64,000 bases of DNA from positions 2,604,001 to 2,668,000 of the forward strand of contig JANJGN010000035.1 in NCBI GenBank assembly GCA_026770705.1, written 5' to 3'. The notes beneath the pieces are model-generated. The model saw only the letters and a program-made list of their open reading frames with translations. It was not told the DNA's origin and searched no databases. The position numbers were made by a program, and so were the translations under genes. This stretch comes from Isurus oxyrinchus (lineage: Eukaryota). This document shows, piece after piece, positions 49,776 through 62,349 of this stretch. How positions within the stretch are numbered: the first letter of the stretch is position 1; the number at the start of each line of letters is the position of its first letter.

Positions 49776-51920
49776 AGGGAGGTGAGTGAGTAACAGTGTG
49801 ACAAATTGGGGAATTGAAAGTGTATGAGGGGGATTGTGAGAGGCTGATCAAGTTTTTGAGGTGGTTGGAATGCGAGAGACTGAGTGAATATGTGGACGGG
49901 AGCACAACAGGCTGAGTGAGTGTGTGGGGCCGAGTGTGTCTTTCATAATATGAGAGACTGCCTAATGCACAGTCCCAGATTACTCACTAGCTCCGAATAC
50001 CAGACAGCAACACATACACGCTGCCATTCACAGTGGGTGAGGGTGAGGCATATGAGATTCTTAAGGCTGGGAGTGAGCCGGACAGACATACACAGTCTGT
50101 CTCGCAGAATAGTATTTCTACACCATAATTAGATAACAATCTGACGCACGTCCCTTCAGCTTTCATATGCTGATAAATGATAAGGCCTCCATTTTCTCAT
50201 TCAAAAGTTACTCTTAAGGTAAAAACTTCCTTGCCCATGTTTCTGAGTAAGCTGTCTGACATAACTTTTGCTTTGCAAAACATTTTTCTGTAATTTACTA
50301 ATTGCCTGGAGTTAAACATTGTATTCTGTTCTTTCCTCCTGAACACTTTAATGAAACACAGTGCAAGCTATCTGAGCTTCATCACATTATCTAGGACTTT
50401 TTAACCTCCTGTCCTTCTTGTTTCAGCCTATGAACATGTGGTCTCATTATCACACGAAATTAAAACAGCCCGGGATGCTCCTTCTGCAATGCTGCTGTTG
50501 AAGGCACATCCTCATGCTGCTCAAATTACAGAGATATCTTCCACATACGTTACCAGCTATACTATTATCCAAAATAAGATGAACCGCTCCAATGGGCAGT
50601 TTGCCCATTCTCCAACATTCAGCTCAACTGTTTTCCATTTAGTCATTAAATTTAACTTCCACTATAGAATAAGGTTAGGATTTTCACGAAACCCACTTAT
50701 TGTTCCGTGCGCCTACTCAGAGAGATTATTATCTCTCTGAACGACAAATATCACTACCCACGACATTAAGAATTGAATAGCCCCTGTGCCTCTTATAAGT
50801 TAACATCTTTCCTGACTCCAACCTGTACACATGGAAAGTGTATCCGCTCACACACAAAATCGTTGAACGTTTATGCACCCGTCTCTCCCTTGAGTAGATT
50901 ATGAACACATTCCCCTTCTTAACCTTTCACTGATTCTTCCTGTTTTTCGTCCACAGAAACCATTTTTCCTGCAACAAAACCTCAGAGGTTCAGTACATTT
51001 ACCAGCAGTACTTTTCTGCAGACCAATAATTCCAACATATTTCCCTGCAATTTCCAACACGCTGACTTCTAGTGACCGACATTATTAAAATAAAATAAGT
51101 TCAATTTTCGAATGTCGCTTCTAACCTCAACCACTTCATTTTTATTCTCAGAGAAAGAAAAGAATAAAACCACTTTTTCGATATTACCCCAAATGCTTCT
51201 CGTCCTTCCTTTCCTTTTCCCACTTTCTACCCTTCTCTGGTTTAAAATGCTGAAACAAACAGTTTAGCTCTATGAACTAATTCATAATTATTAGCTGTCT
51301 GTACGGTTTGGCTTAGCATTCGAACCCTTTCGTTCTCCAGATGAATTCTCATTACCAAACCCATTGAATCTTTAAATTCTTCCAAAAGAATTACTTCTAT
51401 AAATGCTGCATATGTTTTCTCTATCTTTAATTCTCGTATCCACCGATCACAATTAGTTTGTTTTACTCTCACAGTCAGCAAACGGTTTCCCAGAATTTTG
51501 TCCCACATTCCTAAATTGCTACCTGTATGCCTCAGGTTATATGTAAACAAAATAGTCTTTTCACCTCTCCATAATTTACCCATGCCTCGTCTGACAGCGA
51601 ACAATAAACCTCATATGCTCAAATCAACTCCCTCCCCGCCCGCCCGCCCCTCTCAACCTAGATTTTGACAACAATGCCCAGTTTCCTTGTGTCCAAGTCC
51701 TCATTTTGCTCCTTCTCAATTAAAATAAAGTTTCTCAAACTTTGGAATGTCTGTCGAAGGGTCATGAGGACTCGAAACGTCAACTCTTTTCTTCTCCGCC
51801 GATGCTGCCAGACCTGCTGAGTTTTTCCAGGTAATTCTGTTTTTGTTTTGGATTTCCAGCATCTGCAGTTTTCTTTGTTTTTATCTCTGGTTTTAATTGA
51901 CTGCCACTGCTCTTCAAGAA

Positions 51921-54676
51921 ATGCCTACCTCCTTGAAGAAGTTCTGTTCCTCTCTGCGACAAGATTTCCGTATCTCTCTGTTGCCTTGTTCACCTTCTTT
52001 GCTTTCCATTTCCCTCCTAGTGTTTGACAAGGTGTTTATTAAAACCCGCTTTCACAGCCATATCTCCTTTCTCAGTGACTGCCTCCGTCTCCGACTTACC
52101 CCACATGGATTTCAACTGAAATTCCACCCCTCATCTTTCGAACCCACCCAGGTTTACCGGTATCTCCGGGACATAAAACGTTTCTCAGACTGCTGTTCCC
52201 GTCACATTCTGAAATCCACACTCAGTGCCATGCGCCGCCATATGAACACACTCGAGCTCTCCCTCCAGCAGCACCGCCGTACCCTTTTTCAAAGCTGCGC
52301 GTGCCCCCAGTTTCATTTTATCCTTCGGCTCATCCGACGCCTCAACAAGAAACTTTTTCTCTTTCTCTCAACTGCTAAGGAACGCAAGCTCCAACAACTC
52401 ATCGACACCAACACCCATCTAGGACCCTCCACCCCAGCCTGTCCCTCCGTCCCCACCCCATCTTCCAATCCCAGCCCCAGCCGTGTATTCACTATACCCC
52501 CTGACCTTCCCCTCTCCGATGCTGAACGTTCAGTGCTCAGCAAAGGACTTAGTTTCATACCCTTACGCCCTCACCTCAATGAATTTCGGGCTCGGCATGA
52601 TACTGAACTCTTCTTTCGCCGTCTTCGTCTCCGGGCTCACTTCTTTGGGCAGGAGTCCTCTCCCAGTTCAACGGATCCTTTTACCCATCTCCAATATTCT
52701 CCCTCCACCTGGACCCCTCCCTCTGGATTCTTACCTTCTCTTGATCTTTTCATTGAGAACTGTCGGCGCGACATTAGTCGTCTCAATTTCTCTGCTCCTC
52801 TCACCCATTCTAACCTGTCTCTCTCTGAACTTACTGCACTCCATTCTCTCAGGTCCAACCCTGACATTGTCATCAAACCCGCTGACAAGGGTGGTGCTGT
52901 TGTTGTCTGGCGCACTGACCTCTACCTCGCGGAGGCTGAGCGTCAACTCGCAGACACTTCCTCCTACCTCTCTCTGGACCATGACCCCACCACTGAACAT
53001 CAAGCCATTGTTTCCAGGACTGTCACTGACCTCATCTCCTCTGGGGATCTCCCTCCCACAGCTTCCAACCTGATAGTCGCCCAACCTCGGACAGCCCGCT
53101 TCTATCTCCTACCCAAAATCCACAAACAGAACTGCCCCGGTAGACCGATCGTCTCAGCTTGCTCCTGCCCCACAGAACTCATTTCTCGTTATCTTGACTC
53201 CCTTCTCTCTCCCCTTGTCCAGTCCCTTCCCACCTACATCCGTGATTCCTCTGACACCTTACGTCACATCAACAATTTCCAGTTCCCTGGCTCCAACCGC
53301 TTCCTCTTCACCATGGACGTCCAATCCCTCTACACCTCCATCCCCCACCAGGATGGTCTGAGGGCCCTTAGCTTCTTCCTCGAACAGAGGCCCGAACAAT
53401 CCCCATCCACCACTACTCTCCTCCGTCTGGCTGAACTTGTTCTCACGTTGAACAATTTCTCCTTCAACTCCTCTCACTTTCTCCAAATAAAAGGTGTGGC
53501 TATGGGTACCCGCATGGGCCCCAGCTATGCCTGTCTCTTTATGGGATATGTGGAACATTCCTTGTTGCAGTCCTACCCCGGCCCCCTTCCACAACTTTTT
53601 CTCCGGTACATCGATGATTACTTCGGTGCCGCTTCATGCTCTCGTCGGGACTTGGAAAAATTTATTAATTTTGCTTCCAATCTCCACCCCTCCATCATTT
53701 TCACGTGGTCCATCTCTGACACTTCCCTTCCCTTCCTTGACCTCTCTGTCTCAATCTCTGGTGATAGACTGTCCACCAATATCCATTACAAACCCACCGA
53801 CTCCCATAGCTACCTCGACTACAGCTCCTCACACCCCGCTTCCTGTAAGGACTCCATCCCATTCTCCCAGTTCCTTCGCCTTCGTCGCATCTGTTCCGAT
53901 GATGCTACCTTCAAAAACGGTTCCTCTGACATGTCCTCCTTCTTCCTTAACCGAGGTTTCCACCGACGGTCGTTGACAGGGCCCTCAACCGTGTCCGGCC
54001 CATCTCCCGCGCATCCGCCCTCACGCCTTCTCCTCCCTCCCAGAAACATGATAGGGTCCCCCTTGTCCTCACTTATCACCCCACCAGCCTCCGCATTCAA
54101 AGGATCATCCTCCGCCATTTCCGCCAACTCCAGCACGATGCCACCACCAAACACATCTTTCCTTCACCCCCCTTATCGGCATTCCGTAGGGATCGCTCCC
54201 TCCGGGACACCCTGGTCCACTCCTCCATCACCCCCTACTCCTCAACCCCCTCCTATGGCACCACCCCATGCCCACGCAAAAGATGTAACACCTGCCCCTT
54301 CACTTCCTCTCTCCTCACCGTCCAAGGGCCCAAACACTCCTTTCAAGTGAAGCAGCATTTCACTTGCATTTCCCCCAACTTAGTCTACTGCATTCGTTGC
54401 TCCCAATGTGGTCTCCTCTACATTGGAGAGACCAAACGTAAACTGGGCGACCGCTTTGCAGAACACCTGCGGTCTGTCCGCAAGAATGACCCAAACCTCC
54501 CTGTCGCTTGCCATTTTAACACTCCACCCTGCTCTCTTGCCCACATGTCTGTCCTTGGCTTACTGCATTGTTCCAGTGAAGCCCAACGCAAACTGGAGGA
54601 ACAACACCTCATCTTCCGACTAGGCACCTTACAGCCTTCCGGTCTGAATATTGAATTCAATAACTTTAGGTCGTGA
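51921..54676 (+). CDS. PLE reverse transcriptase-GIY-YIG endonuclease polyprotein with one frameshift at ~53960
   Basis: Motifs IKPADKGG, LPKIHK, GRPIVS, MDVQSLYT, QIKGVAMG, RYIDD and FLDL. Adding one C at ttc|cac gives GFPPTVVDRAL, open in frame through PCPRKRCNTC and VYCIRCSQCGLLYIGET to the TGA at 54676 (918 aa). Confidence 0.92.
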
Positions 54677-55067
54677 GCTCCCTCCCCCATCCCCACCCCC
54701 TTTCTGTTTCCCCCTTTTTTCCCCTTTTTTTTCCCTATAAATTTTATAGATTTTTCTTTTCCCACCTATTTCCATTATTTTTAAATATTTTAAAATCTTT
54801 TATGCTCCCCCCACCCCCACTAGAGCTGTACCTTGAGTGCCCTACCATCCATTCTTAATTAGCACATTTGTTTAGATAATATCACCAACTTTAATTTTAA
54901 CACCTATGTGTTCTTTTGTACCATTGTCACTGACATCTTTTGATGATCTGCTTCTATCACTGCTTGTTTGTCCACACAAGCACCTCTGTCTCTCTCTCTC
55001 TCTCCGCCCCCCGACACACACACCTTAAACCAGCTTATATTTCAACTCTTTCTTGGACTCGAAATCA

Positions 55068-55106
55068 AGTTCTGTCGAAGGGTCATGAGGACTCGAAACG
55101 TCAACT
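55068..55106 (+). ncRNA. Minimal type I hammerhead ribozyme motif in the 3' pLTR
   Basis: AGTT-CTGTCGA-A-GGGTC/GACTC-GAAAC-GTC-AACT; predicted cleavage after C55102. Confidence 0.78.
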
Positions 55107-55868
55107 CTTTTCTTCTCCGCCGATGCTGCCAGACCTGCTGAGTTTTTCGAGGTAATTCTGTTTTTGTTTTGGAATGTCCTGTACAATTTTAAATATCTCG
55201 CCACTGTGCTTTAAGTTGAAGGCTTTCCCCTCATCAGGACTTTCCCCAGAACCTTATATCTCCTTTTGTTTTTAACTCCCAGCTTTAAAGCTGTTGTTCC
55301 CTGTCTCTTAACTCCATTCTCTCTTCCATTACTAATATTTGCCTCGAGAGGTCAAGATTTCACGTTTACATTTCTTTTTGTAATAATCTATATATTTCCC
55401 TTTTTTCCTGTTGCCTCTAGTCCCACTTATTTTCCGTTTCATTTGAATTCATTTTTCCTTATCATTTGCCTTCAATTGAAGCTTTTTCAGTCCATTTGCC
55501 ACCAATTCAAGCCCGTTCATTTCCAACTGAAACATCACAACCTCCATCTCTGATACACTCATATCAGATATCACTTCCAACCTTAAATACCGTCAAAATC
55601 TTCAAATATGTCAGCTTTATTTGCCCCTACAGGTACCCCTAATTGTACATTTCCTGCCAACTCCGTTACCTTGTCCTTTGATACTTTTTGGTAGGAAATC
55701 AGAGTTCTATATTCTACTCCCAAAAAAGGGTTAATCCATGGATACAGCCATTTCATCGTATCACCACTTAAAAAATAACGCAACAATGTCTGAACTCAAA
55801 GCCTTTCTCATGCTCCGTAATCACAAACTTAATATCCGCCAACTCCAAACCAGCAAACAATTTCAAAT

Positions 55869-55887
55869 ATCTCACGGCCAACCCCCA
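55869..55887 (-). other. Degenerate tRNA-Pro primer-binding site
   Basis: Reverse complement TGGGGGTTGGCCGTGAGAT versus Pro PBS TGGGGGCTCGTCCGGGAT, 2 nt from an LTR end ...TAACA. Confidence 0.55.
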
Positions 55888-55889
55888 AC

Positions 55890-56794
55890 TGTTATGTTTG
55901 AACAGTCCATGGTAAATGCTGAGCAGTATAAATCCCAGAATTTAAAAAAAACCTGCCACGGCTATTTGCAATGTACGTTTTCAGGAAATGTGCTTTGAAT
56001 TAAGTAAAACGAATTCACCTAAACTTCGAGTTATTCGACAGAACTAAATTAAATAAGTATTAAATAACATAAGGCAAAAACATTCATCAAATCCACATGT
56101 ATGTTAATTCCTCCTATCAGTGCGTTTAACTCCACTAATTAATATGCCACCATGCTACACCTCCGTTTAAGCAACTATAAAAAAACATAGATTTAAACAG
56201 ACACAAGCAATCAACAAACCCAGGACAGTTGAAGTAAAGTGAGGTTGCTTAACTTCAGTCACTGCAGAAAGCCGTTTGGTACATACAGATGGAGCAGTTT
56301 AACGCTTGTTAGCTTTTCGGTTGCGCTCCATTTCACACAAACCTGCCTCCGTTATACATATTTTCCACTTTGAATGCGAATTCCCATTGTTTCACTAAGT
56401 AATTGGACTTTACATCTCTGACAGGCAAAAAAAAATCTATCACAGTTCCAATGTTACCAGTAATCTTTTTTAAAAAAATCAAACACACTGCTTCCTATCT
56501 TCTTCTGGATAGGTGTATAATTTCACCTATTTTTGAATTCAAGCTAAGCAAGCTTTATCTAAAAACGCTAATGCTTAATTTACACCTCACATTCTGAAAT
56601 TTTCCCCCATGTTTAATAGTTAACATTTCAAGCCTAGAATCCCTTCTGATACATTAAAGCCTACAGAGAAACTGTCTTTAATTCAATTAAGTTAAACAAA
56701 AACACGAACATAGAACCATAAACACAAGCTCCACTAATCCTATGCATCATAACTAATTCCAAATAACATTATAAAAAATAATATATCTTCCTGA
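55890..56794 (-). mobile_element. 5' LTR of the Gypsy relic
   Basis: Starts TGTTA next to the PBS; non-coding; far end resembles the end of the insert at 13.63-14.55 kb. Confidence 0.6.
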
Positions 56795-56815
56795 TGAAGC
56801 AAATGCTTTAACATA

Positions 56816-59800
56816 ATGGTAAAGATTGTGACTATTATTGTGTGTAACATTAGATCTACTATGGATTGTGTTGCAATCTTGACTAAATTTGCCAAGATCA
56901 AAGCTCCTCCTCTGTTTCTGTAGCATGCTGCAATTTTGCACCTCAGCCCCGACAGGGAGTGTTCGACATGTGTTTTGCATGATCCATCGGTCTGTTCAGG
57001 AGTAAACAGCACCCATTCCTCAAGCCTGAATATTTTGCTTTAGGATCGTACTTCATCATCTCTGGGGTTAAGGAGGTGGTGGATAGGCGCCTCCTCATAG
57101 CAGGCGTATTGAACAAGCATATCCCATTCCAGCTTTTTAAATTATATGCCACAGCTCAAAACAGTTTTCGGCTGGTGGTCCTTCAGCTGCTTACACTGCT
57201 GCTGGCAACTTCCTGCCAATCATTCTAGGCGGTGACTTGAGATGCATCATCAGTGTGGCTGGACGAACTGGAGTACTGGCAGCAGACTGGAGATTATATC
57301 CAGGCTCCTGATCAAAACAGTAAAGGATGCCAACCAATGAATGTAGGGCAGCATTAGACACAACAGGTCGTAGCAATTCTGGTCCATCCATTCCAAGATA
57401 GGCTTCCAGTTCATGCCCTGTGAGTTCAAAATGAGATCCACCATAATTAAGCCGCGTATTCTTCCCTATTTCCTGCACCCTACTGGCTGAATGTCACTGA
57501 TAGAGACAACAGTGGTTTGGCAGGGCACATTGAAGCTGAACGTGAAACTTTTTCCCCCAGAGCACACTGAAAAAGTCAAAATGGATCACAAATGTGGGAG
57601 AATCGTGATACCAGTTTTGAGTGCCTGTCACACTGGTGGGAAGCGATCAAGGAGAACGCCTGCAGGATTTGCAATTCAAAGATATTCAAAAGGCTAGAAC
57701 GAAACAAAGCCCTTGCTCTAGAAAAGAAAGAAATATCTGTTCCGGCTGCAAATGATGGATTGTGATGTCAAGGAAGATCTCCAAGATTTGAGGAGACAGC
57801 AAGCCTCGATGTTTGCCGTAAATGTCTTCAAGACCACTTTCACATCTGGAGCCTGCTCCCTGGTTCCTTGCAAGATGTATTTGTGTTTCTTCGTCCTCTG
57901 TGGTCAGCAGCCTGAAGGAACGAGACAGATCAGTGACGTCAATGCACTTGGACATTGAAAGGTCAGCAAATATTTTGATGCCGGATAGTGTGACGTCAAA
58001 ACCAATAGGCAGCACGATCTCCCAGTTCTTCCGGTTCTCTATAAATGAGATCTTAGATAAACGTACATGGGGGAGTGTGCACAAATCGGAAACTCTGCCT
58101 GAGCAGACTGAACCTTTGAGCCCATTGAGAAGAGTAAAACTCCCGGGAGTGACTTAACGGCTGAGCTATAATCGGCTTTGTGGGGCGTTATCGGCCCAAA
58201 CCTGCTGCAAATGCACGAGAGTATGGTTCTTTCCAGAATCATGTCCTAATCCACGAGAACAATAATGACCACCCTCATCCTAAAGTGGAAGGCTGAAAGG
58301 GAGGAAATTAGAAATTGGTGAACCATTTCACTTTTGAATGTGGACTATAAATTTCAGTCCAAGGTCCTCACCAGTCACGTCAAGTGTGCCCTTGACTTTG
58401 TGATACACCCTGAGCAGACCTGCTCTTAACCTGGCAGGAAGACATCTGGTCATCTCGCGCTAATCAGGAATGCAATTACACATTGCATGAGAGTGGTGAG
58501 AACTCTTGCCTCATCAGCCTGGACCAGGAGAAGGCCTTTGGCAGCGTCGTACTCACCAACATAGTGGATATGCTCTCCAAAATGTCGTTTGAGTAGGGAA
58601 TCTGCAAGAGGATCCAACAGCTGTATAGAAAACTCTATAGTGCATTTTCAATCAATGAATGGAAATCAGCAAGCTTTCGGATTAAATTTGCAGTCAGGCA
58701 GGCCTGCCCTCTCTCCTGTCCTGTTCGTGTTCTGCATCGAAGCCTTCGTTGAATGCATTAGGTATAATTTGGGAACAAGAGAAGTGAGGTTCCCCAGCAG
58801 TGAAGGCACTCAGGTCAAAGTTTCCCTGTACATGGATGACAACAGTAATTTCTCCTCAGATCTGCTTTCGCTGCGCAGACTGGTCGTCATTTTCGACCAG
58901 TTCGAATTACCCTTGGGCACAAAGGTAAATTGTACCAATATTGAGTCCATATTCTTTGGGAGCTGAGATGATGGATCCTCTCTTCTCTTCAAAGTCGTCA
59001 GTTTGCTTTCAGATGCTGGTGCTATGGTTCAGATGGAGCAGGGCATGCTTTGGAAACTGGAAGGGACGAGTAGCCATATTGAAATAGAACCTGGAAATGC
59101 CGGAGTCACTCTTCCTCCCATTTGCATGTAATAAACTGTTAATCGGGTGTGAGGCATTCCTGGTGTTGCTGTTCGTGACACAGATCTGGCCCATTCCTCA
59201 CTCCTGCCCTGTGGTGATCGTCCAGGCCATCTTATACTTTACATTGAGGTCGAAACTTGACCATGTTCGCAGGGAGGTCCAAGCCTTTAGATAAAGCCAG
59301 GGAAACGCACCACAAATCACCTTCACCGTGCTGGCCGCCTCTGCCTGTGGCTTCATCAACTTTGTGTAGGCATTCAGAACGCAAACACCAAATGCCACAT
59401 CATGCTAAGGTTCTACCATGCCCCAGCGTTATGAAGTTTGGGTCTGCCCACGCTGTTGTGGCACTGTCCAAGTTGTTTGGCCGTGCTACACTGCCTATCC
59501 CTCGTGGAAAAGTTTATAAAAAGAAACACTTGTTAATACATCTCCATCAGGCAGTGGCCTGTACATAACGTTCACGGGGCCCTGTGGAGCAAAAACCATG
59601 ATGCTGGCTCCTGTCAGATGGGTTCCCGAGACGACTTTCAGAATCAGTGGGCAGAATGCCTCCTGACCAGAATTTTGAAAGATGCACCAAGATGTAGTTC
59701 AGTTAGTGGTTAGAATGGCCCCCAAAGCCCCAAACCCCTGGCAGTCACATCTATCATGGCTGGAGTTTCAAATTTTCTGTACGTTGTGCTCCAGATGTCT

Positions 59801-60480
59801 GTGGTGGGGATGGGATAGTTGTCAACCTCCAGCTAGAATGTTCCTTTGTAAAGTAGCTCCCGAGAGAGATGCCATAGTTTTTGACACAGTTCATCCCCAG
59901 CAGCTCTGTGACACAGAACTGTGTGCTCAGCAGACTATTCCCAAAGACACACACACAGATGAATTTCAACATCTGCTGGAGGGCCATCACTTTGGTGAAA
60001 GGCTTTCTTTAGTCCGCCCTAAACTTGCTGGCTTTCAACTTTAAAACGTTGTTCATGACAGAATTTTACATGCTGGCACATGCCAATGTCCAGTACAATG
60101 CTCTAAGGAGTGCACCAAAGCAGTCGCCACAACACAGAAATGTGTTAGGTCACTGGCCAGGGCTTTTCAGAGTACCGATGGACTGGGAATTTAAAAGAGC
60201 CCTCGAGGTTTCTGGCTCATATTGAATTTATTTAGTAAATATTACATGTACCATAATTGAACTGAAGCACCTCAGAGTGCAACATGATCAAAGTGGATAA
60301 TTTAAATATCGTTTTACTATCTGCCATGATCAGTTAGAACTGAATATGGTAGTATTCCGATCTTACTGAAGTGCGTCAGATTTAACGTGGTCAATGAAGT
60401 GAAACTGAAAGCCATTTGTATTTTCTGTGACGGCCATTTTGATTTGTTTGCTATGTTCCTATTTAGCAAATGTTTTTTTG
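56816..60480 (+). mobile_element. Degenerate Tx1-clade (L1 group) LINE ORF2 and 3' UTR
   Basis: MVKIVTIIVCNIRST...LFL (APE start), ISLLNVDYK, ISLDQEKAF, LSPVLFVFCIEAF and VKVSLYMDD. Confidence 0.82.
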
Positions 60481-62349
60481 GCGAACACAAATAATTATAA
60501 AATAGAGCGGTAGAAATGACATTAAATTAGGCAGTGAAAACAAAAGCAGCGCATCCAGTATGAGGGGTTAGGCGTAAATTTGCAGAGCTGCCCCGTAGAC
60601 TAGCCAATCATAGCCTGACTTAGCCCAAATCAGGAAATAATGAAATTATGCTTTAGAGTGAATGCCCTGGGTACGTTGATGACCATCTTTTTCTAAGACC
60701 TATAACACTGGCAGTAGAGACCCATCACAGGCTATGGCAGGGTCAGAGCCAGTGGGAGGGATGGCGTGGGTGTTGAGTGGGGTGAGGGACGCGTGGGAGG
60801 GGGAGGGTTGTGGTGGGGATGGGACAATGACTTCGGACCCATTTGTGCCTCAGGGCATCAGGCCAAACATGGGCAAGGAGATCTCCTGCTGATTGCGAAA
60901 TAACACCGTTCCTCTGCTCGTGAATTAGTTCTCCATGTAGATCACTATTTGCAATAAGCACAATGGAACTCTGCCTGTGGACGTCAACACCCATCTTGTA
61001 GATTGCCTCAGTGGCACTACAGTTGACTGAGCTGGCCAATTGCTGAACCATGGAGCTGCCGGATTGGTATTGCAACAAGTGCTGAGGGAACCATGAAGGG
61101 TAAAAAAAAATGCAAAGTTTGGCAGGTGCATTTTCTGATGACAGTTTAGATAGAAGTGACCACCAGACAGCCTATGTGAAGATGAAATAATTCCTCTCAC
61201 TGATCACATTGTCCGTTGTGATGTGTGTGCTACCATCGCTGCTCTAAATTAGATAGATTCAGAACAGACACATCACTAAATCTGAATATTGACAAGGAAC
61301 TGTGGACTTGCAGAAGGAGCAGCATTGTACTTAATAGATTGGTATACCTTATGATTGTGTATATTCCATCCTCCTTACCATTGCCTTTGAACCAAGGAAT
61401 GAAAGGTCATTGAGCTGAAACGCTCCTACTGCTTCTCTTTAGAGCTACTACACGGCCTTTTGAGATTCTCCAGCATGTTTTTCTTATTTCGGATTTCAAG
61501 CATCCACAGTAGTTTTGCTTTGAGCAGTATTTCAGTCTTATTGTACAGGACATGATTGGCATCACTTCAAATAGAAACTGAAACACGGAAAGAATGAAAT
61601 GCAACTTTGAAAGATGTACAGAAAACCTACAAACTGCAAAGGGATGAAATACAAAGAAAGGTCAATCTCAAAGAGAAGGGAAAATGCCGGGGAAACTCAG
61701 CAGGAGCGAAGCTTCTCTCAGCATTTCTCTTTAATAAACCTCAAGCTCTGAAATGTTAATCATCGTTTCGATTCCTCACAGATGTTGTTGAACGTGCTCA
61801 TTGTTTCCAAAAACTTCTCTGATTCTTTCAGTTTCATATTGTGAGCAGTATCTCACTTTATGAACGATGTCACAACCTCTGTATTGTAATTGATATTTAA
61901 ATAATCAATAGGAAGAAGCAGTTGGAAGCGATTCATATTATTGTTGAATTCCACTGATTCCAAAGATTTATTTCCTGGCAACACATTTCAGTTCACAGAA
62001 AACCACCATTTTCAGCAATAAGGGGCAGAGGTGAGCGGCATTTCAAATAGAAGATAAATGGTAATTGGAAAGATCTTAATTTGAATTGCTCCCCAGTGTC
62101 TTTTAGGAACAGAATCTCACTCAAAAACATCAAATTCTGCTCTGAGCGTATGGTTTCTGAAAAGAGATGTTTAACGAAATCAACAAATTGTGATTATCAG
62201 GATGCGGGTCCAAGCCAAATGTTTGAAAAACAGCCATGCTCACGAGTACATGACAATCGCTGAGCATGCAGGCTCAAATTTAGCAAAATATTCTAAGTGA
62301 GTTAAAGATAATATTGACTTTAAAAATCGACACTATCATAATATTAAGC

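Larger units (their letters stand above)
51751..55173 (+). mobile_element. Near-full-length young Penelope-like element (Neptune-type)
   Basis: ~100-bp terminal direct repeat (51751-51852 and 55072-55173), RT + GIY-YIG coding region, and flanking duplication tttggaatgtc at 51741-51751 and 55168-55178. Confidence 0.96.
50760..55889 (-). mobile_element. Gypsy LTR retrotransposon internal relic (gag, zinc knuckle, protease), interrupted by the PLE
   Basis: Minus strand: FLGVEYRTLISYQKVSKDKVTELA (gag N-terminus), FKIVQ|DIPKFEK across the PLE, EVILLEEFKDS (SCAN/capsid-like), NNVGH*KSACWKL (CCHC relic) and LIRGTGAIQFL (LRDTGA-like). Confidence 0.8.

Noticed and set aside
52313-54154. Overlapping alternate-frame and antisense ORFs within the PLE
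   Set aside because: Expected shadows of a C-rich, stop-poor coding sequence.
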